Below, one piece after another: positions 37,324-45,486 of a DNA stretch of 64,000 nt (positions are counted from its first letter, which is position 1; each line of letters starts with the position of its first letter). A program made the position numbers and the translations under genes. The notes beneath the pieces are model-generated. The model saw nothing but the letters and a program-made list of their open reading frames with translations, searched no databases and was not told where the DNA came from. Source of the stretch: a virus (lineage: Duplodnaviria; Heunggongvirae; Uroviricota; Caudoviricetes); the IMG/VR virus record IMGVR_UViG_3300045256_000127, one strand, 5' to 3'.

Positions 37324-37542
37324 ATGGATGGCCTCAAGAACCTGCTAGTCTACATCTGCCTGTTCACGGGCTTCCCGTTCGCATGGCTCTACGTTAAGCT
37401 GTTCTCGTCCCGGCCGAGGCACGGCGGCTTCCTCGAAAACCTCGGCACCGTCGTCCTGGCGATCTGGATCGGCGTAGCCATGTGGATCGTGGCATTCGTC
37501 GCCTTCGCCTGTTTCGGAATCTACAAAGCAATCTGCGGGTAA
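37324..37542 (+). CDS. small membrane protein
   Basis: Two hydrophobic helices. Confidence 0.4.
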   Translation: MDGLKNLLVYICLFTGFPFAWLYVKLFSSRPRHGGFLENLGTVVLAIWIGVAMWIVAFVAFACFGIYKAICG

Positions 37543-37545
37543 ACC

Positions 37546-38277
37546 ATGTTCCCTAGCGGCATTAACGAACTGGCGAAGAATGTCCCTCTGCCGAAGTACC
37601 AGGAACTCCGCATCCTCCTGATGCCGATTGTCCTGGGGGACGCCAGCACGAACCCGTACCCCGACTGCAACCCGATGTTGGAAGTGATGGCAGCGGTCCA
37701 GCCCCAGCACAAGGGGAAGGTCTGTTACCTGACTATCGACCAGAAGGGTGTTCCGGCTGGGAAGACGCACCGTCGTGCCGGGCTGCACGTTGACGGCTAC
37801 CCGTACACCGAAGCCGACAAGCGGATGCTGGACGGCGGATACATTACCTCTGGCGCTGGCGGCATCTGGGCGGCAAACGCCCACGGCGGCACCTGGGGCG
37901 GTGGTGGTGGCTGGGGAGGCGGTAATTCCGCTCTCTACTGGCACATGGGTAACGGCTTGCTGACGGTTTCGAGCGTCGAGGGCTGTGTCGCCTGGAACCA
38001 GGAATTCCCCGGCGAGCCGAAGGTCGAAGGGGATTGTGAACATCTTCGGGAACACTGCAAGGAGGAGTGTAAGGTCGTACTCAAAGCGAATACCCTCTAC
38101 TGGATGAGTCCGGGGTGCGTCCACGAGTCGCTGCCGCAGCCGGTGGACGTGATCCGCACCTTCGTGCGGCTCTCGCTGCCGTCTAAGTGCGATTGGTACG
38201 AGGGTTGTACTCCGAACCCGCTCGGCGTGAAGCCGACGGGGAAGATCAGCCGCCGTCGCCGCTTCTTGGACGTGTAA
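37546..38277 (+). CDS. hypothetical protein; possible Fe(II)/2OG-dioxygenase-like HxD...H triad and a Gly/Trp-rich loop
   Basis: LHVDGYPY (HxD) ... GCVHES (distal H). A GGTWGGGGGWGGGN low-complexity insert. Weak. Confidence 0.45.
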   Translation: MFPSGINELAKNVPLPKYQELRILLMPIVLGDASTNPYPDCNPMLEVMAAVQPQHKGKVCYLTIDQKGVPAGKTHRRAGLHVDGYPYTEADKRMLDGGYITSGAGGIWAANAHGGTWGGGGGWGGGNSALYWHMGNGLLTVSSVEGCVAWNQEFPGEPKVEGDCEHLREHCKEECKVVLKANTLYWMSPGCVHESLPQPVDVIRTFVRLSLPSKCDWYEGCTPNPLGVKPTGKISRRRRFLDV

Positions 38278-38286
38278 TTTTTCTGG

Positions 38287-38315
38287 TTGACAATCACCGA
38301 ACCGAGGGTATAAAT
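38287..38315 (+). promoter_or_regulatory. consensus sigma70 promoter (TTGACA-N16/17-TATAAAT) for tmRNA
   Basis: TTGACA at 38287-38292 and TATAAAT at 38309-38315, about 12 nt upstream of the tmRNA 5' end. Confidence 0.65.
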
Positions 38316-38326
38316 AGGGTGTGCAT

Positions 38327-38720
38327 GGGGCCGCTCCGGTATCGAACCGGCGTCAACGGCCGAAAGGACTTGCGTAGTGGTTGGTCGGTGGGCCACTTAA
38401 AAAAGCCGACTAAGCCTTAACTGGCGATACTCTCAGAATGGCTGCCTGAGTTGTGCCCTCGCAAGGGGGCACCGCAATAGCGGCCAAATGAGTCTTCGGA
38501 CTCAGGGACTCACAGAAGCGATGCTCCAAGCGTCTGTGTTTCTCACGCCAAAAAGGAGACGAAGCCTAGTGAGTGTCGGTTGTAGCTAGGCGGGTCGCTA
38601 ACCGAGAATCCCGGTGGTTTTGCCAGTTGTACGGCACCGTGGATTATCAACAACTGGATACACGCATAAACGCCTTCGGAAGTTCGCTTGGTCACAGGGG
38701 TTCGACTCCCCTCGGCTCCA
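38327..38720 (+). ncRNA. ssrA: tmRNA (SsrA)
   Basis: 5' GGGGCCGCUCCGGUAUCGAAC and 3' GGGGUUCGACUCCCCUCGGCUCCA are collinear with the E. coli tmRNA ends. The acceptor stem pairs with a G3-U70 wobble (alanine identity). CCA is not encoded. About 394 nt. Confidence 0.75.
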
Positions 38721-38728
38721 CTAAGAAA

Positions 38729-38770
38729 ACCCTCCGGCTCCACTGAAAAGTGGCCGGAGGGTTTCTCTTT
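38729..38770 (+). terminator. rho-independent terminator
   Basis: ccctccggc...gccggaggg stem followed by tttctctttt. Confidence 0.7.
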
Positions 38771-38776
38771 TAGTGC

Positions 38777-39337
38777 ATGTCTACAACACAAGTCACCTGT
38801 GCCCACTGCGGCACGTCATTCTCCAAACGCACAGCAGAAGTTAATCGCTCAGTCAAGCTGGGCCGTAAACACTACTGCAATCGTTCTTGCATGGGGAAAG
38901 ACCAACTCGACCACATGCCGTTAGTAAAGCGTGCCAATGCCCAGCACCTTCGAGGCCACGAGAGCAACCGCAAAGACGAGTACAGCCCGTTCCGCTGGCA
39001 CTTCCGCAATGCGATCCGCCGCTCACAAGAGTCGGATCGCAAAGAATGCACGATCACCCTCGATGATCTGAAGAAGCAGTGGGACGACCAGAAAGGAAAG
39101 TGCCCGTACACTGGCTGGGAACTAAAGAACCTGCCAGATACCAACACCAAGAAGCAGCTTCCTCTTACACCAGACCGTGCGAGCCTGGACCGAAAGGATT
39201 CGTCAAAGGGATACGTCCCCGGCAACATCCAGTTCGTCTCGACGATGGCGAACTACGCCAAAAACCGCTGGGGAGATCAAGAGCTATTCGAGTTCTGTGC
39301 TGCGGTTTACAAGGGGCATGTTTCGGGTAAAATGTAG
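38777..39337 (+). CDS. HNH-family homing-endonuclease-like protein (HNH_3 type) with an N-terminal zinc ribbon
   Basis: CAHCG...C..C N-terminus. C-terminal ASLDRKDSSKGYVPGNIQFVS matches the SLDRIDNSKGYxxGNV block of phage HNH_3 endonucleases. Confidence 0.6.
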   Translation: MSTTQVTCAHCGTSFSKRTAEVNRSVKLGRKHYCNRSCMGKDQLDHMPLVKRANAQHLRGHESNRKDEYSPFRWHFRNAIRRSQESDRKECTITLDDLKKQWDDQKGKCPYTGWELKNLPDTNTKKQLPLTPDRASLDRKDSSKGYVPGNIQFVSTMANYAKNRWGDQELFEFCAAVYKGHVSGKM

Positions 39338-39353
39338 CAGATAGGAGGACAAC

Positions 39354-40445
39354 ATGCCAGCGAAGAAGACGTACTCAGAAGTCGTTAAGTTCTTCCAAAA
39401 ACAAGGCCATACACTCCTCACTGAAACCTACCTCGGTTGTAATCAAACTCTCACTTTCAAGTGTCGTTGCGGCGGCACCGGCACCACTACGTTCGCTATG
39501 ATGCGTGCTATCGTCAACCGGGGGAATACGTCTGGTTGTAAAGAATGCCGTGGTGATCGCATCGGCGTCTCCAGCCGATTTACTATTGAGCATGCCAAAC
39601 AAGTCTATGCCGATGCAGGCTGCAAGCTACTAGAAGATCAATACGTCAACCACATCACCCCTATGCGGTACATCTGCTTCTGCGGACGTGAGGGGCGGAC
39701 GAGCTACAACTATTTCACCCAGCACGGGCGGCATTGTAAACAATGCGGTTTTGAAAAACGCACTGAGAAAATCAAGTTCTCCCAAGAGGAGGTTGAAGCT
39801 ATCTTCGAAGCAGAGAACTGTCTCCTCCTCGGCACATACACCGGCTATCACGATTACATTGATTACATCGCTCAATGTAATCACAAAAGTAACGTCACCC
39901 TACAGTATTTCCGAGTCGGGGGCGGTCGGCAGTGCTGGAAGTGCAGTTGGGAAAACAGGGGGTGGCGTGGCCCAGACTGGACTTTCGAGCAGGTCCGTGA
40001 TTACGTCGCCTCCCACGGCTGCGTGCTGCTCTCCACCAGCTACAGCGGCGTGAAAGACCAGATTGAGTACCGCTGCATCTGTGGGTTTCAAACCGAAATC
40101 CGATTCAGCAACTTCAAAGAAGGACACCGTTGCAAAGAATGTTCCAACCGGCTCGGTGGAGATCGCAGGCGGCACTCCTTCGAATTCGTCAAACTCTTCT
40201 TCCAAGAAGCGGGGTGCCGACTCCTCGCCGATGAGTACGTCGGAAAGGACACGGTGATGCCCTACATCTGCGTTTGCGGTCGAAAATCCAAAATCTGCTT
40301 CGCCAGCTTCGCCCGAGGGAGTCGCTGTAAAGACTGTGGGTTCGTGAAGATCAGTGAATCACAACAACTCGCTCGGCGGCTCTGGGAGGAGGCAGAACTA
40401 GGCGATCTGGACAAAATTCTCTCAGACCGCTTGCGTTGTGATTGA
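39354..40445 (+). CDS. tandem-repeat Cys4 zinc-ribbon module protein (about 7 modules)
   Basis: Repeated about 48-aa module: F..(Q/E)GC.LL...Y......(M/L).Y.C.CG(R).......F..G.RC..CG. Confidence 0.55.
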   Translation: MPAKKTYSEVVKFFQKQGHTLLTETYLGCNQTLTFKCRCGGTGTTTFAMMRAIVNRGNTSGCKECRGDRIGVSSRFTIEHAKQVYADAGCKLLEDQYVNHITPMRYICFCGREGRTSYNYFTQHGRHCKQCGFEKRTEKIKFSQEEVEAIFEAENCLLLGTYTGYHDYIDYIAQCNHKSNVTLQYFRVGGGRQCWKCSWENRGWRGPDWTFEQVRDYVASHGCVLLSTSYSGVKDQIEYRCICGFQTEIRFSNFKEGHRCKECSNRLGGDRRRHSFEFVKLFFQEAGCRLLADEYVGKDTVMPYICVCGRKSKICFASFARGSRCKDCGFVKISESQQLARRLWEEAELGDLDKILSDRLRCD

Positions 40446-40495
40446 GTTGTGTTTAAGATGTGTTTGTGTTGAGGAGACGAGGCAAGGAGGCCGGA

Positions 40496-41407
40496 ATGAG
40501 GAGGCTGACATTCGAGTTCGTGCGGGATGAATTCCGCAAGGCGGGTTGCACACTCCTAGCGACCAGCTACTCCCGCAACAGCGAAAAGCTTCCTTATATC
40601 TGCAAGTGTGGTCGTCGGTCGCAGATCACTTGGAATAAATTCAAAGAAGGGCAACGGTGTTATGATTGCCGCAATCGCAAGATCGGCGATTGCAAACGGA
40701 CCGACTACGAAGATGTGGTCGCATATTATTACGACCAGCAATGTACCCTGCTTGCGGATAAGTATCACGATTGTGATACCCCGATGCCGTTCATTTGTGT
40801 CTGCGGCAGAGAAGGTATAACCACCTTCTATAACTTCAAACATCTTGGGGTTCGATGTCTCGCTTGTGCCCACGAGAAGACGGGGGACGCATATAGGTAT
40901 ACCCTTGAGCAAGTTAAGGAATTCTTTCTCGATCAAGGGTGTGTACTTCTTGCAGATAAGTATGTAAATGCCTTCACAGTGATGCCTTACCTGTGTCATT
41001 GTGGAAGGTATGCCGAGATCATTTGGAATTCCTTCCAACGGGGGAACAGGTGTAAGGCGTGTGGTATCGAAAAAATTGCGAATGACCGGAAGTTCAGCTA
41101 CGAATATGTCAAGATGTACTTTGAGGGGCGGGGGTGTACCCTCCTATCTTCCGAGTATGTCAACTCTCAGACGCCACTGGAGTACCGTTGTGCCTGTGGC
41201 GAAATTGCTAAAGTAACCTTCAACCGCTTTACCTCTCAGGGATCGCTGTGTTGGAGTTGCCGTGATCGTAGAGCATGGCAGGTACGTCGAGAGAACGAGA
41301 AGCTGTGGAATGAGTCCAACTTGGACGCAGACCTTGACCGATTACTCACAGAGAGGTGCCGTGGAGAGCAGGCATCCCTCTTAAACAACGCTCTCAAGGA
41401 GAAGTAA
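40496..41407 (+). CDS. tandem-repeat Cys4 zinc-ribbon module protein (paralogue, about 6-7 modules)
   Basis: Same module as the upstream gene. CAAGGAGG RBS then MRRLTFEFVRDEF. Confidence 0.55.
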   Translation: MRRLTFEFVRDEFRKAGCTLLATSYSRNSEKLPYICKCGRRSQITWNKFKEGQRCYDCRNRKIGDCKRTDYEDVVAYYYDQQCTLLADKYHDCDTPMPFICVCGREGITTFYNFKHLGVRCLACAHEKTGDAYRYTLEQVKEFFLDQGCVLLADKYVNAFTVMPYLCHCGRYAEIIWNSFQRGNRCKACGIEKIANDRKFSYEYVKMYFEGRGCTLLSSEYVNSQTPLEYRCACGEIAKVTFNRFTSQGSLCWSCRDRRAWQVRRENEKLWNESNLDADLDRLLTERCRGEQASLLNNALKEK

Positions 41408-41408
41408 C

Positions 41409-42140
41409 ATGGCGGCACACATGAACGAAGTTGGCACCGAGGCGAAGGCGATCCTGGCCGACGTGGGCAAGATCGGCAAGCGGGTGATGGAGCAATACTA
41501 CCGGGGCTTCCTGGCAGCCCTGCACGATGTCCATAAGGGCTGGCGGCATCTCAAGCCCCGTGAGCGGAAGGTCGTGTTCGAGAAGGTGCAGGACACGGCG
41601 AAGGAACTCATCGTCTGCAAGGAGGACGGCGGCGGGGCCGACGACGGCTTGGCCCTGGGCACTTTCCACGGGTACGTCTGCAAAATCAAGCGTGCCCTGA
41701 TCTTCAACGTTCCGCTGGAGATCGCCGAGCGGGCGACGAACCAGGAACTCCAAAAGGCCCAGGTGTACGTCAACGACGTGCTTAAGGAATCGCCACAACC
41801 GCTCGAAGACAAGATGGTTCTGGCCTACAAGTGGGTCAAGGAGGAACAGATCAAGGCGAAGCAGCGGTTGAAAGAAGAGGCCGACAGGCTCATCAACCAA
41901 CCGACTGCGGCCACCCTGGAGACGGCATACACCCTGCCCGATCCCGATCAGTATAAGGAGGAGGATTCAGACGCCCTGCTCAACGACATCATCCACGGCA
42001 TCCATGCGTGTTTGACCAGTCGGGGGCTGAAGCCGCATCTGACGAAGGATACCCCGGCGGCACGAGTGCTTCGGCGGGTTCTCGGCGAAATCTCGGTGTA
42101 CGAGACTTTGGGCGAATCGCCCTGCACGGCCGCTGGCTAA
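41409..42140 (+). CDS. hypothetical protein
   Basis: 243-aa ORF. A stem-loop follows at 42150-42178. Confidence 0.45.
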   Translation: MAAHMNEVGTEAKAILADVGKIGKRVMEQYYRGFLAALHDVHKGWRHLKPRERKVVFEKVQDTAKELIVCKEDGGGADDGLALGTFHGYVCKIKRALIFNVPLEIAERATNQELQKAQVYVNDVLKESPQPLEDKMVLAYKWVKEEQIKAKQRLKEEADRLINQPTAATLETAYTLPDPDQYKEEDSDALLNDIIHGIHACLTSRGLKPHLTKDTPAARVLRRVLGEISVYETLGESPCTAAG

Positions 42141-42194
42141 GTCAATCACACGCCCGCATTCACTGAATGCGGGCGTGTTGAACAGGAGGTTCAC

Positions 42195-42500
42195 ATGCGA
42201 TACGACGTTCACTACGCCAAGATCGTTCGGCACGAGTTGGTGGTAGAAGTGGAGGCGAACAGCGAAGAGGAGGCCATCCAGAAAGCCCTGAAGGGGCGGC
42301 ACGAGGCCGTGTTGGAGGATGACATCTCGGTCGAGACGGAGTTCGACCCGATGCAAGATCATCACTGCGATCCTGATTGGTCAACTGCCAACGAACCGGC
42401 GGACAATCCTGATTGGGCAACCGCCGAGCCAGACGATTTTCCAGCCGAAACCCTTTACGCACGGGACTTCATGCCCTATGATCCCACGAAGGGATTCTGA
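42195..42500 (+). CDS. acidic hypothetical protein
   Basis: CAGGAGG RBS. D/E-rich. Confidence 0.45.
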   Translation: MRYDVHYAKIVRHELVVEVEANSEEEAIQKALKGRHEAVLEDDISVETEFDPMQDHHCDPDWSTANEPADNPDWATAEPDDFPAETLYARDFMPYDPTKGF

Positions 42501-42507
42501 CTTAACC

Positions 42508-42552
42508 TCGACCCTCGCCAGACCTACCCCCTGGCGAGGGTCTTTCTTTTGG
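42508..42552 (+). terminator. rho-independent terminator
   Basis: accctcgccag...ctggcgagggt followed by ctttctttt. Confidence 0.65.
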
Positions 42553-42559
42553 TGCAAGG

Positions 42560-42721
42560 ATGCACGACGACTACGACGACTACTACTCCGAAAGCCTTTT
42601 GGAAGAAAACTGGAGGCTCAAGCGGGAGAACCGCTACCTCAAGCTCCTCTTCCTCCTACTAGCGGCGGGAACGCTGATCTGGTACTATGACATCATCACG
42701 TTCTTCACCGTGGAGAAGTAA
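42560..42721 (+). CDS. possible 53-aa single-TM protein
   Basis: AAGGA RBS. MHDDYDDYYSE...LLFLLLAAGTLIWYYDIITFF. Confidence 0.3.
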   Translation: MHDDYDDYYSESLLEENWRLKRENRYLKLLFLLLAAGTLIWYYDIITFFTVEK

Positions 42722-42722
42722 G

Positions 42723-43040
42723 ATGAATAGACTTGTCCGCATTGCACTGACGGCACTGATCGTCGTCCTGGTCGGCCTGCTCGTGGGCTGCGGTGGCCCG
42801 TCAACCCCGCTCCCCAAAGGACACGTCGCCAAGATCATTGCCACCCAGAACTACTACAACATCCTGATCGAGAACGAGGGGGTCGTTGTTACCAAACAAT
42901 ACCCATACCACCGGGTCACGTTCGTCACGGGCCTGAAGGCCGACGAGCAGATGTGGATCGAGCCTGACCCGAACGACGGCCTCAGAGTCATCGTCCACGT
43001 CCACACCATCAGGCTCGACATCCAAACACAGGCAGAATAA
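42723..43040 (+). CDS. lipoprotein
   Basis: Signal MNRLVRIALTALIVVLVGLLVGC with lipobox LVGC. Confidence 0.5.
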   Translation: MNRLVRIALTALIVVLVGLLVGCGGPSTPLPKGHVAKIIATQNYYNILIENEGVVVTKQYPYHRVTFVTGLKADEQMWIEPDPNDGLRVIVHVHTIRLDIQTQAE

Positions 43041-43540
43041 TGTTCGAACTCACCAAAGCCAACTGGACGCCGTTCTTCGGCAACAACCACGAAAAGCTGC
43101 CCTGGCCCGACGTGTACGCCGGTGGCTCGGTCCGGTTCCACCGGCACGTCGGCAGGCCGCTCAGCCAAGAACTCTGGGAAGACTTGGTACACCGCCTACT
43201 CGTAACCGGCATGTGCATCTACCGGCCGAACGACGGCATGTGGACGGTCGGATGGGGCAGCGGCCACATCATCATCCACCTGGACGACAAGGACAACGTA
43301 AAGTCCTTCGACTACTTCCCCCGGCACGACAAGCCGCTGCAAGGGGTGTTCGTCTACTATGACTGCAAGCCGGAAGAGATCAAGGTGTTCCGCTACCTCT
43401 CGCACGCCAAGCAGTTCTGCGAGGAGAAGTGGAACAAGTCGCTCGGGCCGGGCGAAACGGTCGAGTGGACCGAGCCGGAACCCGGCGTCTACCTGTACAA
43501 TGGTGGTGTAGGAACCATCAGAGGAACCCCGTTCTCCTGA
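43040..43540 (+). CDS. hypothetical protein
   Basis: TAATG overlap with the upstream gene. Coding composition. Confidence 0.45.
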   Translation: MFELTKANWTPFFGNNHEKLPWPDVYAGGSVRFHRHVGRPLSQELWEDLVHRLLVTGMCIYRPNDGMWTVGWGSGHIIIHLDDKDNVKSFDYFPRHDKPLQGVFVYYDCKPEEIKVFRYLSHAKQFCEEKWNKSLGPGETVEWTEPEPGVYLYNGGVGTIRGTPFS

Positions 43541-43580
43541 TCGGCATGACGCCGATCACTAACAGCAAGGATGCTAAGAC

Positions 43581-44087
43581 ATGGAAGTCTTCGAGGTTCA
43601 CATTACCGGCGACAGCCGGATTCACGAAGCTGCCAAGAAGTACAACATCAAGTCGATTGAGGTTGAACTTCTACGACCCGACTACTCGGTGCTTCGTACT
43701 GAACACATGACATCCCATGTGTTCAAGTTCCCAAACTACGAAGAGTGCATCCAGCACGTCCTGAACCTCCGGGACGAGTTAAAGCGGTGGTGCGCCGTGT
43801 GGCGGGTCAAGGTGGAGTGCCCGGCGTTCTACGAACACTACCGGGACCGCAGCATCTACCTGGAGAGCCACTTCGAAACCAAAGACAACATGTATCCCAT
43901 TAGCCGGAACGTGAAGAAGACGACGCTGATGGGCACGGACCGCACCTACGCCCACGAGGACTACGACAACTTCCTCCGCATCTGGAAGGGCCAGACGCTC
44001 GAACTCGCCCTCTACGACTCGTTCGTGGAAGAAGACTTCGACTGGCTCGACATGTGGGGCGTTACGAAAGAGGCGGTTTATTGCTGA
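43581..44087 (+). CDS. hypothetical protein
   Basis: 168-aa ORF. Confidence 0.45.
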   Translation: MEVFEVHITGDSRIHEAAKKYNIKSIEVELLRPDYSVLRTEHMTSHVFKFPNYEECIQHVLNLRDELKRWCAVWRVKVECPAFYEHYRDRSIYLESHFETKDNMYPISRNVKKTTLMGTDRTYAHEDYDNFLRIWKGQTLELALYDSFVEEDFDWLDMWGVTKEAVYC

Positions 44088-44314
44088 GGCTTCTCGATGA
44101 TGAGCTTCCGTTCCGGGGTTTTGATGTTGAACCGGAACGGCTCTTTCCCTTCACGGCGGGGGATTTCGATGATGTTCGTGCCCTCCGGCACCGTGATGGT
44201 GCGAGGGCCGTCCAGGTCGGGCTTGATCTTGATGCCCTTGAAGCACAACAGGCACGCCACCCCGATCAGGGTGGTGAGGCACAGCAGTACGAGAAGGGTC
44301 TTCTTTGTGTCCAT
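44078..44314 (-). CDS. possible secreted/membrane small protein
   Basis: MDTKKTLLVLLCLTTLIGVACLL signal-like N-terminus. Confidence 0.3.
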   Translation of the reverse strand: MDTKKTLLVLLCLTTLIGVACLLCFKGIKIKPDLDGPRTITVPEGTNIIEIPRREGKEPFRFNIKTPERKLIIEKPQQ

Positions 44315-44324
44315 GAGGGTATTT

Positions 44325-44654
44325 ATGGGCAAGGTGTATATTTGCGAAATCTGGGCGTTCGAGGTAATGGACGAGCGTGACCAGAACTACGACGGATATT
44401 TTGGCCGGGAAACCGAACCTCCGGCCGGGCTGGAGTGTCACGTCTACAGTTCGGTGAGCAGCAAGCTGTTCCCGCCGCACTACCCGGTCAAGTTCCTCGA
44501 CGCCATGAAGTTCGGCCCGAAGAACCGGGTCAGGATGGTTGCAAACAGTGAAGAAGCAGACTATACTGACTTCACGGTCGGGATGTCCCTCGTGCTGGAC
44601 GAGGACGGCCGCAAGATCGGGTACGGAAGTATCACCGAGGTACTAGATAACTGA
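44325..44654 (+). CDS. hypothetical protein
   Basis: GAGGG RBS then MGKVYICEIWAFEV. Confidence 0.4.
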   Translation: MGKVYICEIWAFEVMDERDQNYDGYFGRETEPPAGLECHVYSSVSSKLFPPHYPVKFLDAMKFGPKNRVRMVANSEEADYTDFTVGMSLVLDEDGRKIGYGSITEVLDN

Positions 44655-44731
44655 CATGAACCACATCAAACTCTACCGGCTCATTGGCCGAGCCACCTTC
44701 CACAGTATTTTCCCGTGGAGGGTAATCACCA

Positions 44732-45064
44732 ATGAGAAGATGGCATCAAGACTACAAGATCGCTCGGCGTAACTGGCGGATTCACCGGCAGTCCCACGTC
44801 CGTAACAACCTCGATCAAAGCGTCGGGTACGAGAACTGGCAGCGTTTGCCGGGAGCGTCCCCGTTCGTGGTGAAGTGCGCCTGTGACGAACAGGTCGGGC
44901 GGTTCCGCAAGAAGGACGCCTGGGACTGCGGCAAGCCGCACTGCATGATCTGCCACAGCGACAAGTTCCCGAAGCGGGAAAAGACCCCGCAGGAACTCCT
45001 GTCAGAGAAGGACTTCAAGGAAGCCCTTAAGGACTTCTACGATCATTCTCAGAGCCAAGAGTAG
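44732..45064 (+). CDS. hypothetical Cys/His-containing protein
   Basis: 110-aa ORF. Confidence 0.4.
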   Translation: MRRWHQDYKIARRNWRIHRQSHVRNNLDQSVGYENWQRLPGASPFVVKCACDEQVGRFRKKDAWDCGKPHCMICHSDKFPKREKTPQELLSEKDFKEALKDFYDHSQSQE

Positions 45065-45395
45065 TTGGCGAGCCGGTAGCTTCTTGTAGGTTATCGGCAC
45101 CTACCTGCACTCGGATGAATTCCAGAAGTGGACCCAGAACCTCGCTCCAGGTAAAGAGCGGGGATTTCTCGACGTACACTCGGAAGGCTTGCGAGGACGC
45201 TACCACTACGCCCGGAACGGCAAAGATACCGTCCATGAAGTCGGACGGGTCGCCGCCGCCGTTGACGTACTCTTCTTTGCCAATCTTCGAACAGTAGGCG
45301 GGCACGTCGGTCTTTAACTGAATGAAGACCCCTTCGTCGGACGCCCCGCCGATGCCCTTGAAATACTCCAGTTTGAAAACAAGATCGAAAGCCAT
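45027..45395 (-). CDS. hypothetical protein
   Basis: Minus-strand ORF with an AGGTG RBS. Confidence 0.35.
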   Translation of the reverse strand: MAFDLVFKLEYFKGIGGASDEGVFIQLKTDVPAYCSKIGKEEYVNGGGDPSDFMDGIFAVPGVVVASSQAFRVYVEKSPLFTWSEVLGPLLEFIRVQVGADNLQEATGSPTTLGSENDRRSP

Positions 45396-45486
45396 AGTTT
45401 AACACCTAAAAGGAACACTTGACACGCCTGTAGTATTTAACTATAGTGACTCTGGAATTCACCAACCTTCCGAACAAGGATGTTCA

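Noticed and set aside
38327-38400. A tRNA-like T-arm signal that first looked like a minus-strand tRNA (GGTATCGAACCGG).
   Set aside because: It is the 5' part of the + strand tmRNA tRNA-like domain. No complete cloverleaf with an anticodon arm can be drawn on either strand.
44657-44776. 40-codon ORF in the 44655-44731 gap, overlapping the next gene.
   Set aside because: No RBS, and it overlaps the better-supported 44732 gene out of frame.
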